DNA of 64,000 nt from the NCBI GenBank assembly GCA_044370695.1, contig JBILVB010000001.1, forward strand, positions 3,673 to 67,672, read 5' to 3'. The first letter of the stretch is position 1. Every line of letters begins with the position of its first letter. The position numbers and the translations under genes were made by a program. The stretch comes from Acidimicrobiales bacterium. GTDB lineage: Bacteria > Actinomycetota > Acidimicrobiia > Acidimicrobiales > Ilumatobacteraceae. The notes beneath the pieces were generated by a model. The model saw nothing but the letters and a program-made list of their open reading frames with translations. It did no database searches and was not told where the DNA came from. Shown one piece after another: positions 50,908 to 60,208 of the stretch.

Positions 50908-51570
50908 TCACCCCTGGGAGAAGCTCCGCCATTCCGACGGGTCCCGACCGAGGCTGCGGAGCCGGTCCTCGATCCACAGCGGGATCTCGGTCTCCTCGCC
51001 GGCCTGCGCGCGCGTCGAGTGCTCCGACCCCTCGGCCCAGATGTGGCAGGTGTTCAGGTTGAACGCGAACATGGCCTTGCGCTCCTCGGGGGTCGGGGGC
51101 CGGCGCAGCTCGACCGGGACGTCCCGGGACGCCGACACCCGCATCGACCAGTTCGACTGGATCGCCACCGGGGCCATCGCCTGGAGCAGGGCCGTCGTGT
51201 GCGTACAGCCTCGAGGTCCGCCGAACAGCTCGCGCACCTTGTGGGTGAATCCCCGGGCGATCGACAACCCGACCAGCCGGCCGTAGTGGTCGGCGATCGA
51301 GGGACAGGCCCGGTGGGGATGGGTCTCGAACAGCACCCGGGCCGCCTCGATCACCAGGGCCGGGTACACGATCTCGAGCTCGACGACCATGTGGTGGATC
51401 GTGAGCGGATCGGGGTCGCCCTCGACGTACATCCCGGCGGGCTTGCGATCCCGCACGGCTCCTCGCAGCAGCAACCGGTCCTGCGCGAGTCGGTACGAGC
51501 GAACCTGGTAATCGCGGGTGTGCAGCGGAACGAGGCCGTCGTCGGGGGGCAGCAGGTCGTCGGGTCCCAT
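50908..51570 (-). CDS. DUF2889-like protein
   Basis: Last 220 codons of track ORF 50908..52620, from ATG 51570. GGPRGCTHTTALLQAMAP motif. Confidence 0.7.
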   Translation of the reverse strand: MGPDDLLPPDDGLVPLHTRDYQVRSYRLAQDRLLLRGAVRDRKPAGMYVEGDPDPLTIHHMVVELEIVYPALVIEAARVLFETHPHRACPSIADHYGRLVGLSIARGFTHKVRELFGGPRGCTHTTALLQAMAPVAIQSNWSMRVSASRDVPVELRRPPTPEERKAMFAFNLNTCHIWAEGSEHSTRAQAGEETEIPLWIEDRLRSLGRDPSEWRSFSQG

Positions 51571-51636
51571 CGCAGCGACGATGGCCGCGACGGCACGCCG
51601 TCGGCAAACCGGTCCCGTGTGCCAGGCTGCACGGCG

Positions 51637-51966
51637 ATGGCGTGGTTGGTGAGCGACGCACGTGTCCTCGCTGCCGCCGAGGTCGTCACCGCCGGGCGCG
51701 ACCGCCGGCGGGGACTGCTCGGCCGCGACGGGGTGGAGGGCGCGCTCGTCCTCACCCGGACCCGGTGGGTCCACACCCTCGGCATGCGGTTCGCACTCGA
51801 CGTCGCCCATCTCGACGCCGACGGCGTCGTCGTGCGGACCTGCCGCATGGGCCGGCACCGGATCGGGCTGCCCGTACCCCGGGCACGCACCGTGATCGAG
51901 GCCGAAGCCGGCGCGTTCGAGCGTTGGGGGCTCACGGTCGGGCACCGCGTCGAGATCCGGGGCTGA
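51637..51966 (+). CDS. DUF192-like protein
   Basis: ATG 51637. LLGRDGVEGALVLTRTRWVHTLGMRFALDVAHLD pattern, about 109 aa. Confidence 0.7.
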   Translation: MAWLVSDARVLAAAEVVTAGRDRRRGLLGRDGVEGALVLTRTRWVHTLGMRFALDVAHLDADGVVVRTCRMGRHRIGLPVPRARTVIEAEAGAFERWGLTVGHRVEIRG

Positions 51967-51969
51967 CCG

Positions 51970-52794
51970 GTGGGACGGCTCGTGCTGGTGGCGACCCCGA
52001 TCGGCAACCTCGGCGACCTGTCGCCGCGAGCGGTGTCCACCATCGCCGAGGCCGACGCCGTGTGCTGCGAGGACACGCGCCGCACCGCCAAGTTGCTCAC
52101 CCACGCCGGGATCCGTGCCCGGCGCCTGATCGTGGTGAACGAGCACACCGAGGCCGAGCGGATCGGCGAGGTGCTCGGCGTACTCGACCGCGGGGGCAGC
52201 GTCGCCGTGGTCACCGACGCCGGCACCCCGGGCGTCTCGGACCCCGGAGAGCGACTCGTGCGGGCGGCCCTCGATGCCGGTCACGAGGTCCAGGCGGTCC
52301 CGGGCGCGTCGGCCGCACTGGCCGCACTCGTCGTCTCGGGCCTGCCGACGGGCCGGTTCGTCGTGGAAGGGTTCCTCCCCCGCACCGGGTCGGCCCGCCG
52401 GGACCGTCTCGCCGAGGTCGCCGCCGAGCGGCGCACGACGGTGCTGTTCGAGGCTCCGCACCGCCTGGCCCGCACCCTGACCGACCTGCGGGACGTCTGC
52501 GGTGCCGATCGCTGCGTGGTCGTCGTGCGGGAGCTCACCAAGCTCCACGAGCAGCGGTGGGCGGGCACGCTCGCCGAGGCCGCGGACCGGGCGAGCTCCA
52601 CCGAGCCGATCGGCGAGCACGTCGTCGTGCTGGCCGGTGCACCACCGGCGAGCGCGCCCGACGACGACACGATCCGCGCTGCGCTGACGAGTGAACTCGC
52701 GCTCGGGGCGAGCCGGCGCGACGCCGCCGAGCGGGTCGCCGCGCGGCTGGGTGTCGCCCGGAACCGGGTGTACGCCCTGGCCACCACGCGCTGA
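51970..52794 (+). CDS. rsmI: 16S rRNA (cytidine1402-2'-O)-methyltransferase
   Basis: LVLVATPIGNLGDLSPRA, EDTRRTAKLL, VTDAGTPGVSDPG. Confidence 0.9.
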   Translation: MGRLVLVATPIGNLGDLSPRAVSTIAEADAVCCEDTRRTAKLLTHAGIRARRLIVVNEHTEAERIGEVLGVLDRGGSVAVVTDAGTPGVSDPGERLVRAALDAGHEVQAVPGASAALAALVVSGLPTGRFVVEGFLPRTGSARRDRLAEVAAERRTTVLFEAPHRLARTLTDLRDVCGADRCVVVVRELTKLHEQRWAGTLAEAADRASSTEPIGEHVVVLAGAPPASAPDDDTIRAALTSELALGASRRDAAERVAARLGVARNRVYALATTR

Positions 52795-52906
52795 CCGGCG
52801 ACGACCGGCCCTACCGGCGGAAACGTGATTGTTGCATGCGTCAACTATCCGATACCGTTTCGTGCGTCGGGCTCGATCGGCCCGGACCGCAGGAACGGGG
52901 GACGGG

Positions 52907-54208
52907 ATGACGGTCGTGGATGGACCCGGTCGCGACCATCACGGCACCTCTCCGGCGCGTCCGGCCCCCGAGTCCGACGGCGCAGCGACGGACCGCCCGG
53001 TGCGGCGGGTGCTGGCACTCGACGGGTTCCGCCGTTTCTGGATCGGCCAGCTGGGCATCTCGATCGTCACCGGCACGATCCGGTTCGCCTTCGTCTGGCT
53101 GGTGCTCGAGCTCACCAACTGGTCCGGCATCACCGGGGTGATCGGCCTGGCGCTCGGCATCCCGGTCACGCTGATCACCCTCCCTGCCGGCGTGCTGTCG
53201 GACCGCTACGACCGCCGCGCGCTCGTGGGCGCCGGCTCCGTGGCCGGCGCGGCCGTGCTCGCACTGACGGCGGTCCTCATCGCACTCGACCGGATCCCGC
53301 TCGCCGCCGCCGCCGCATTGGCCGTCGCCTCGTCGGGGGCCCTAGCGCTGGTCCAACCGGCGATGCAGGCCATGGTCCCGGCGCTGGTTCCGCGCGAGCT
53401 GCTGATGACCGGCATCGCGCTCCAGGGCATCGGGCAGAACGTCGCCCAGCTCTCCGGGGTCCTCGTCGGCGGCGCCGCCATCCAGCTGCTCGGGCTGGCC
53501 CGGGCCTTCGTCGTCCTCGCAGTGCTGTTGTCGGTCTCCGCCGTCGTCGTGCGGTTCACACCGGCGGTCGCCGCCGGCCCCCGCCAGCGGAACGGGCGGG
53601 TGCTCGGGGCGCTGCGATCCTCGCTGTTCGACGGGATCGGCTACGTCCGACGCACGCCGCCGCTGGGAACGGTCGTGCTGATCGCCCTCGTCGGCGGCAC
53701 CTGCGGCGGGCTCGTCCAACTCGTGCTCCCGGCCGTGGCCAAAGCGGAGATGGGGGCAGGCGCCTTCGCCGCCTCCCTGCTGTTCAGCGGCCTCGGTGGC
53801 GGCATGGTGATCACCACGCTCGCGCTCGCCACCCGTCCGGCCCTGCCGCGCCAGGGTCTGCTGCTCGCCGTGTTCTTCTCGGCGACGTGCGGCCCGGGGA
53901 TGGTCGTGATGGGCATCTCGACGTACTACGTGGTCGCGTTCGCCGGGATGCTGTTGTGGGGACTCGGCGGCGGGTTCGTCATGACGACGCAGCGGACGAT
54001 CCTGCAGCGCCACACGCCCGACGAACTGATGGGCCGCGTGATCAGCGTCCACACGCTTGCGCTGATGGGCTCGTTCCCGCTCGCTGCCGGGATCGCCGCT
54101 GCGCTGCCACCGCTCGTCGGCCGGCGCCCCACCCTGCTCGTCGCCGGGATCGTCGCCGGCCTCCTCGCCGTCGCCCTCGCCCGTCGGCCCCGCCTGCGCG
54201 AGGTCTGA
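52907..54208 (+). CDS. MFS transporter
   Basis: ATG 52907 follows GGGGGA. About 12 TM helices and an LSDRYDRR loop motif. Confidence 0.85.
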   Translation: MTVVDGPGRDHHGTSPARPAPESDGAATDRPVRRVLALDGFRRFWIGQLGISIVTGTIRFAFVWLVLELTNWSGITGVIGLALGIPVTLITLPAGVLSDRYDRRALVGAGSVAGAAVLALTAVLIALDRIPLAAAAALAVASSGALALVQPAMQAMVPALVPRELLMTGIALQGIGQNVAQLSGVLVGGAAIQLLGLARAFVVLAVLLSVSAVVVRFTPAVAAGPRQRNGRVLGALRSSLFDGIGYVRRTPPLGTVVLIALVGGTCGGLVQLVLPAVAKAEMGAGAFAASLLFSGLGGGMVITTLALATRPALPRQGLLLAVFFSATCGPGMVVMGISTYYVVAFAGMLLWGLGGGFVMTTQRTILQRHTPDELMGRVISVHTLALMGSFPLAAGIAAALPPLVGRRPTLLVAGIVAGLLAVALARRPRLREV

Positions 54209-54219
54209 GCACCGACCGT

Positions 54220-55056
54220 TCAGGAGCTCGGCGTGAGCGCGTCGAGCGCAGCCGCGTGCAGCAGACCGTTCGAGGAGAGCGCCGACCCGCCGTCGGGTCC
54301 GGGCCGACCGGCCAGGTTCGTGAACGTGCCACCGGCCTCCCGGACGATCACGTCGATCGCGGCGAGATCCCACAGGGACACGATCGGCTCGCAGGCGACG
54401 TCGAAGGCGCCCTCGGCCACGAGTAGGTGTTGCCAGAAATCCCCGAGGCCCCGGGCCCGCCACACGCGACGGCTGAGTGCGACGAGCGCCGCCCCGAGCG
54501 CCGGGGAGCCCTCCTCGACGAAGGACCCGACGTCGCTGTAGCTGAGGTGGGCGTCCTCGAGGCGATCGACGCCCGACACGTGGATCGCCTCGCCGTCGGC
54601 GAAGGCCCCGCCGCCCTGCGAGGCCCACCACCGTCGGCCGAGCGCGGGCGCCGACACGACGCCCACCACGCCGGCCCCCCGATGCTGCAGGGCGATCAGC
54701 GTGGCCCAGATCGGGACCCCCTTCACGTAGTTGGCCGTGCCGTCGATCGGGTCGACCACCCATCGCCACGGGCTGTCCGACGACCCGAGCAGGCCCTCTT
54801 CCTCCCCGAGGACGGCATGGTCCGGCCGAACGACGGCCAACCGGGCCCGGATCGCCGCCTCCACGCCGGTGTCGGCCTGCGTGACGTGGGATCGGTCGGC
54901 CTTGTGGCGGACCTCGAGCGATGCGCTGCGGTACAGGGGGAGGGCGATCGCGTCGGCGAGATCGGCGAGGTCGAGCGCGAGCGCCAGTTCCGCGGCGAGA
55001 TCGGCGGCGAGATCGGTGGCGCTGTCCGCGGCGGGATCGGGGTCGAAGACGGTCAC
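54220..55056 (-). CDS. hisN: inositol-monophosphatase-family enzyme, histidinol-phosphatase-like
   Basis: WVVDPIDGTANYVKGVPIWATLIAL and WDLAA motifs. GTG 55056. Assignment to HisN rather than SuhB/CysQ is tentative. Confidence 0.7.
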   Translation of the reverse strand: MTVFDPDPAADSATDLAADLAAELALALDLADLADAIALPLYRSASLEVRHKADRSHVTQADTGVEAAIRARLAVVRPDHAVLGEEEGLLGSSDSPWRWVVDPIDGTANYVKGVPIWATLIALQHRGAGVVGVVSAPALGRRWWASQGGGAFADGEAIHVSGVDRLEDAHLSYSDVGSFVEEGSPALGAALVALSRRVWRARGLGDFWQHLLVAEGAFDVACEPIVSLWDLAAIDVIVREAGGTFTNLAGRPGPDGGSALSSNGLLHAAALDALTPSS

Positions 55057-55132
55057 CGGCCCGACCCTAGGCGTCGGGGGTCGAACGGCCCGACGTCTCA
55101 AGAGGGGTCACGGGCCGTCGATCAGTCGAACG

Positions 55133-56287
55133 GTGGGCGTGCTGCGGGTGACGAATCGACCGGTCGACCGGGCCGAGGCCGACGCCGTCGACGGCACGAT
55201 CGCACGCAACGTGCTGTCGCTGCTCCCGCTGTCGCTGCTGGCCGACGTGGGCGCCGGAAGCCTGCTCAGCTTCGCGGTCACGTCGCCCCGTCACGTCGCC
55301 CTGTCCGCGCTGTGGACGGCGCTGCTGGCGCTGTACGCGATCCCGATGCTCCTGGCCATGCGGCAGGCGAAGCGAGCGACCGCCGAAGGTCGTCCCATCC
55401 GCCTGGGCGCCCTGGTCGTGGGGAACGCCTTCACCAGCACGGTGTGGGGTGCCCTGCCCCTGCTCGTCGAACCGGACGGATCGGTGCCGACGCTCACCTG
55501 GCAGATCCTCGCCGGCGGGCTCAGCCTCACCTTCGCCGGCACGGTCGCGTTCGCAGGCAACCGCCGGCTGTTGCTGGCGTGGGTCCTGCCCATGTGGGTG
55601 GGCAACGGCGTCTGGGCTGCGACCGGGGTCCTCGAGCAGGCCTGGTGGATGGTGCTGTTCATCCCGTTCGCCCTCGCGGCCGCGGTCACGATGCACCACG
55701 TGGCGTCGAGCTTCCTGGTCGACGCCGCCCTCGAAGGCCACCGCAACCGGGTGCTGCTCGACGCACTCGAGGCCAGCCGAGCCGCGCTCGCGCACGACGC
55801 CACGCACGACCGCCTCACCGGACTCCCGAACCGCGCCGCGATGCACGAACACCTCGAACGGTCCCGCCAGGCGTGCGTCCGGTACGGCACCACGCTCGGC
55901 TTCGTCTTCATCGACCTCGACGGGTTCAAGCCGGTCAACGACCGCCACGGTCACGCGGCCGGCGACGAGCTGCTCGTCGCCGTCGGGCAACGCCTGCGGC
56001 GGATCATCCGATCGGGCGACTTCGTGGGTCGGATCGGCGGAGACGAGTTCGTCGCCGTGGCCGGCAACCTCGTCGACGCGACGGTCGTGGCCGAGCTCGC
56101 CGAACGGATCCGGGCGGTGCTCGCCGAGCCGTTCGAGTTGTCGGTCGGCACGATCCGCATCGGCGCCAGCGTCGGTACGGCCTGGGCGGCGGGACCGGGC
56201 CTGCAGCCCGACGTCCTGCTCCGGGCCGCGGATGCCGACATGTACCGTCAGAAGCCGGCTGCGAGGCGGGTCAGCCCGGGCGGGTGA
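55133..56287 (+). CDS. membrane-anchored diguanylate cyclase (GGDEF)
   Basis: About 6 TM helices, then DRLTGLPNR, GGDEF preceded by the I-site RSGD exactly 5 residues upstream. The start is approximate. Confidence 0.8.
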   Translation: MGVLRVTNRPVDRAEADAVDGTIARNVLSLLPLSLLADVGAGSLLSFAVTSPRHVALSALWTALLALYAIPMLLAMRQAKRATAEGRPIRLGALVVGNAFTSTVWGALPLLVEPDGSVPTLTWQILAGGLSLTFAGTVAFAGNRRLLLAWVLPMWVGNGVWAATGVLEQAWWMVLFIPFALAAAVTMHHVASSFLVDAALEGHRNRVLLDALEASRAALAHDATHDRLTGLPNRAAMHEHLERSRQACVRYGTTLGFVFIDLDGFKPVNDRHGHAAGDELLVAVGQRLRRIIRSGDFVGRIGGDEFVAVAGNLVDATVVAELAERIRAVLAEPFELSVGTIRIGASVGTAWAAGPGLQPDVLLRAADADMYRQKPAARRVSPGG

Positions 56288-58163
56288 CCGCCAGGGACTC
56301 CCGCACCGCTCGCGCCAACCCCTCGGCATCGAGGCCGAGCGCCGCCAGGATCCGGTCAGGCTTGCCGTGCGGGATGAACTGCGTCGGCACCCCGAGCGTC
56401 ACGACGGTCGGGACCGGACGGCCGTCGCCGCAGTGGTCCGTGATCCGAGCCGCCAGGTGCGAGCCGACCCCGCCGTCGCGGATCCCGTCCTCGGCGACGA
56501 CCACGACGCGATGCCGGCTGCAGTCCTCGACGAGCGCCTCGTCCCACGGCTGCACCACCCGCGGGTCCCACAGGGTCACCTCGATGCCCTCGCCGGCCAG
56601 TTCTGCGACCGCCTTCTCCGCGGCGCCGAACAGCTTGCCGACCGCCACGACCGCCACGCTCCCGTCGCCGCTGCGGGCGCACCGGGCCTGCAGCCCACGC
56701 CCCACCTCGGCGTCGGGCACCTGACGAGCCTGACCCTTCGGGTAGCGCAGGACGGCCGGGCCGTCGGTGCACGACTCGAGCGCGTCGTGGAGCATCTGCT
56801 GGAGCTCCTGGGCCGAGCTCGGGGCGAACACGGTCATCCCCGGCACCTTCGCCAGCAGCGCCAGGTCGTAGATGCCGTGGTGACTCGGGCCGTCGTCGCC
56901 GGTGATCCCGGCCCGATCGAGGCAGAACACGACCGGGAGCCGATGCAGGCCGACGTCGTAGACGACGTTGTCCCACGCCCGGGACAGGAAGGTCGAGTAG
57001 ATCGCCACGACGGGGCGCAGACCGCCCATGGCCATACCGGCCGCCCCGGTGACGGCGTGCTGCTCGGCGATCCCGACGTCGAAGAACCGGTCGGGGAAGC
57101 GATCCTGGAACGGCAACAAGCCCGTGGGGCCCGGCATGGCGGCCGTGATCGCCACGATGCGGGGATCGGCCTCGGCCTCCTTGATGACGGCCTCGGCGAA
57201 GGCCTGCGTGTAGCCGGTGGGCACCGCTTTGGGCGGTCCGACCCGAGGGTCGAACACCGGGGCGTCGTGGAGATGCTTCTCGTCGTCGTCCTCGGCCGGC
57301 GGATAGCCGCGGCCCTTCTGGGTGAGCACGTGGACGACGATCGGCTCCTCGAACTCCTTCGCGTTCCGGAAGGCCTCTTCGAGCTGGGGTAGGTCGTGCC
57401 CGTCGACGGGCCCCACGTAGCGCACCCCGAGGCACTCGAAGAACGCCGGCGGTTCGGCGTACTGGCGGATCGCCGCCTTCACCGCCTCCATCCCGCGCTC
57501 GGCCTGGCGCCCGACGAGGGGGAGGTCGCGCAGCAGGTTCTCGAGCCTGCGCTGCCGCCGCATGTAGACCGGGTTCAACCGGATCCGGGACACGCTGTGC
57601 GACAGGTTGGAGATCGTCGGCGCATACGAGCGGCCGTTGTCGTTCAACACGATGATGACCCGCCGGCCGGCGTGGCCGAGGTTGTTCAGCGCCTCGTACG
57701 CAAGTCCCCCGGTCATCGAACCGTCGCCGATCACGGCGACGATGTGCCGGCGGGCCTCGGCGACGCCGGCGTCGCGCGCCGCCGCCAACCCGTAGGCGTA
57801 GGAGAGGACCGTCGACGCGTGCGAGTTCTCGATCAGGTCGTGCCGGCTCTCCTCGCGGCTGGGGTACCCGGACAACCCGCCGGCCTGGCGCAGGTGTTCG
57901 AACCCGGCGACGCGACCGGTGACGAGCTTGTGCACGTAAGCCTGGTGGCCGGTGTCCCACAGCACGGCGTCGGTCGGCGACTCGAACACACGGTGCAACG
58001 CCAACGTGAGCTCGACCGCCCCGAGGTTGGAGCCCAGATGGCCGCTGTTGGCGGCGACGGCCTGCACGATCACGTCGCGGATCTCCCCGGCGAGCGCGCG
58101 CAGTTCGTCTTGCGTCAGGCCCCGCAGGTCGGCGGGTTCACGGATGCGGCGGAGCAGGTCCAC
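56271..58163 (-). CDS. dxs: 1-deoxy-D-xylulose-5-phosphate synthase
   Basis: GHLGSNLGAVELT, TPP motif GDGSMTGGLAYEALNN, DRAGITGDDGPSHHG. GTG 58163. Confidence 0.9.
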   Translation of the reverse strand: MDLLRRIREPADLRGLTQDELRALAGEIRDVIVQAVAANSGHLGSNLGAVELTLALHRVFESPTDAVLWDTGHQAYVHKLVTGRVAGFEHLRQAGGLSGYPSREESRHDLIENSHASTVLSYAYGLAAARDAGVAEARRHIVAVIGDGSMTGGLAYEALNNLGHAGRRVIIVLNDNGRSYAPTISNLSHSVSRIRLNPVYMRRQRRLENLLRDLPLVGRQAERGMEAVKAAIRQYAEPPAFFECLGVRYVGPVDGHDLPQLEEAFRNAKEFEEPIVVHVLTQKGRGYPPAEDDDEKHLHDAPVFDPRVGPPKAVPTGYTQAFAEAVIKEAEADPRIVAITAAMPGPTGLLPFQDRFPDRFFDVGIAEQHAVTGAAGMAMGGLRPVVAIYSTFLSRAWDNVVYDVGLHRLPVVFCLDRAGITGDDGPSHHGIYDLALLAKVPGMTVFAPSSAQELQQMLHDALESCTDGPAVLRYPKGQARQVPDAEVGRGLQARCARSGDGSVAVVAVGKLFGAAEKAVAELAGEGIEVTLWDPRVVQPWDEALVEDCSRHRVVVVAEDGIRDGGVGSHLAARITDHCGDGRPVPTVVTLGVPTQFIPHGKPDRILAALGLDAEGLARAVRESLAVTRPG

Positions 58164-58273
58164 GGGGGCCCTCGCAGGGGGTTGAGCGGGCGACCGAAAC
58201 GTTACCGCCGGGTGACGAAACGGCCGCACCGGACCGCCGGGCCGGCCGCGGGCCGCCGCCTACCATCACCGGC

Positions 58274-59047
58274 GTGAGCAGCGACAACCTCTTCGACCTG
58301 AGCGGTCGAGTAGCCCTCGTCACGGGCGGCAACAGCGGCATCGGGCTCGGGATGGCCGACGCCCTGGCCGCCCACGGCGCCGCCGTCGCCATCTGGGGTA
58401 CCAACCCGACCAAGAACGCCGAGGCCCGCGCGACGCTGGCCCGGCACGGACGGCCGGTCCTCGACGTGGTGTGCGACGTCGGCGACGAGGCCGCGGTCGA
58501 GGCGGCCTTCGCCCGGACCCTCGCCGAACTCGGTCGGGTGGATTCGGTGTTCGCCAACGCCGGGGTGTCCGGCCGGGGGATCGCGTTCGCCGAAATGTCC
58601 ACCGAGGAATGGCACCGGGTCCTGCGGGTCAACCTCGACGGGGTCTTCTTCACCCTGCGGGCGGCGGTGCGCCACATGGTGGACCGCGGTGGCGGTGGCA
58701 GCCTCGTGGTGTCCTCCTCGGGCTCGGCGTACCAGGGTCAGCAACGCGGTCAGCACTACGGGGCCTCGAAGGCCGGCATCATCGCCGTCGCCAACGCGAT
58801 CGCGGTCGAGCACGCGAAGGACGGGATCCGGGCGAACTCGCTGATCTTCGGCTGGATCGAATCGGCGATGACCGACGCCACGCTGAACTGGCCGCGGTTC
58901 GCCGAGAAGGTCAAGCCCCGGATCCCGCTACGCCGCTGGGGGCGCCCCGACGACACGGGCGGCATCGCCGTCTACCTGGCCAGCGACGCGAGCCGGTGGC
59001 ACACCGGGGACGTGATCACCGTCGACGGTGGTTACACGATCTTCTGA
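58274..59047 (+). CDS. short-chain dehydrogenase/reductase
   Basis: GRVALVTGGNSGIGLG, YGASKAGI. GTG start. Confidence 0.85.
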   Translation: MSSDNLFDLSGRVALVTGGNSGIGLGMADALAAHGAAVAIWGTNPTKNAEARATLARHGRPVLDVVCDVGDEAAVEAAFARTLAELGRVDSVFANAGVSGRGIAFAEMSTEEWHRVLRVNLDGVFFTLRAAVRHMVDRGGGGSLVVSSSGSAYQGQQRGQHYGASKAGIIAVANAIAVEHAKDGIRANSLIFGWIESAMTDATLNWPRFAEKVKPRIPLRRWGRPDDTGGIAVYLASDASRWHTGDVITVDGGYTIF

Positions 59048-60208
59048 GCGGGCAGCCCCGGCGGCGGCCGCCCGCCGCCGCCGGCCGCGAACCCGCACGA
59101 GCACCGCGTCCAGCGAATCCGTGACCGACTCCCAGCAGAACCCCTCGCCCCGCCGGCGGGCGCCGAGGGTCAGCATCGCCCGGAGCGGCGCGTCATCGAC
59201 GACGCGCCGCAGCGCGCGACCCAGGGCGAGCGGGTCGCCGGCCGGGACGATCAGGCCGTCGACGCCGTCGGTCACGAGCTCCGGCGGGGCGCCGGCATCG
59301 GTGACCACGACCGGTGCGCCGCACGCCATCGCCTCGGCGATCACGAGCCCGAACCCCTCGCCGCTGCGCGACGGCACGGCGACGACGTCGGCGGCGCGGT
59401 AGCGGGCGACGAGCTCGTCGTCGTCGAGACGGCCGAGGAGCCGCACGCCGGGGACCTCGGCCGCCCGGCGGGCCAGTGCGGCTCGTTCGGGCCCCTCGCC
59501 GGCCACCTCCAGCACGGCCCGGTCACCGAGACCGGCCGCGGCCCAGGCGTCGATCAGGACGTCGACCCCGTTGCGAGCCACCAGCCGCCGGACGGTGAAC
59601 ACCCGGCACGGTCCGGTCCGGTCCCGGGGCGGACCCGGCGAGAATCGGGAGCGATCGACCCCGTTGCCCACGACGGACGTCGTCGCCCGCGGTGCGATCC
59701 GCCGGACGTAAGCCTCCGTGTGGCGGCTCACGGCCACCACCTCGTCGGCGGCGTGCAGGACCGCCCGGCCGAGCACCCGATCGACGGTGCGCTCGAGGGT
59801 GTCGAGCACCGGGCCGTAGTCGACGAACGGGTTGTGCTGGACCACCACGAGCGGGACGCGGGCTCGCCGGGCCGCCCGAGCGGCGAGGGCTCCGAGGGGA
59901 TAGACGTGCCCGTGGACGACGACGACGTCGGCGCGCCCGACGGCTGCGGCGACCGCCCGGGCCCCGCCGGGACCGGGCACCGGGACCGGTACGCCGACCC
60001 GCGATTCGAGGACGTTGACCACCCGGTGCCGGTGCACCACCGCACCGTCACGCCGCTCGCGCCGCCGGTCGTCACCGAGGCGCGAGGTGTGCACCTCGAC
60101 CGACCAGCCCCGTTCGCCCAGACGGCGGACCTGCTCGGCGGCGACCCGCTCGACACCGCCGAGATGCGGCTCCCAGTAGTGGGTGACGACGAGCAGCCGA
60201 CCCCTCAC
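58928..60208 (-). CDS. GT4-family glycosyltransferase
   Basis: GTG 60208 overlaps the upstream stop (GTGA). LLVVTHYWEPHLGGVE, SRSGEGFGLVIAEAMACGAPVV. The Arg/Ala-rich 3' tail overlaps the convergent SDR gene by 120 nt. Confidence 0.8.
   Translation of the reverse strand: MRGRLLVVTHYWEPHLGGVERVAAEQVRRLGERGWSVEVHTSRLGDDRRRERRDGAVVHRHRVVNVLESRVGVPVPVPGPGGARAVAAAVGRADVVVVHGHVYPLGALAARAARRARVPLVVVQHNPFVDYGPVLDTLERTVDRVLGRAVLHAADEVVAVSRHTEAYVRRIAPRATTSVVGNGVDRSRFSPGPPRDRTGPCRVFTVRRLVARNGVDVLIDAWAAAGLGDRAVLEVAGEGPERAALARRAAEVPGVRLLGRLDDDELVARYRAADVVAVPSRSGEGFGLVIAEAMACGAPVVVTDAGAPPELVTDGVDGLIVPAGDPLALGRALRRVVDDAPLRAMLTLGARRRGEGFCWESVTDSLDAVLVRVRGRRRRAAAAGAARSEDRVTTVDGDHVPGVPPARVAGQVDGDAARVVGAPPAA

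Noticed and set aside
52829-52906. N-terminal extension of the MFS transporter from the track start at 52829 (MLHASTIRYRFVRRARSARTAG...)
   Set aside because: The extension is basic junk that reads through the AT-richer probable promoter. ATG 52907 has a GGGGGA SD and gives a normal MFS N-terminus.
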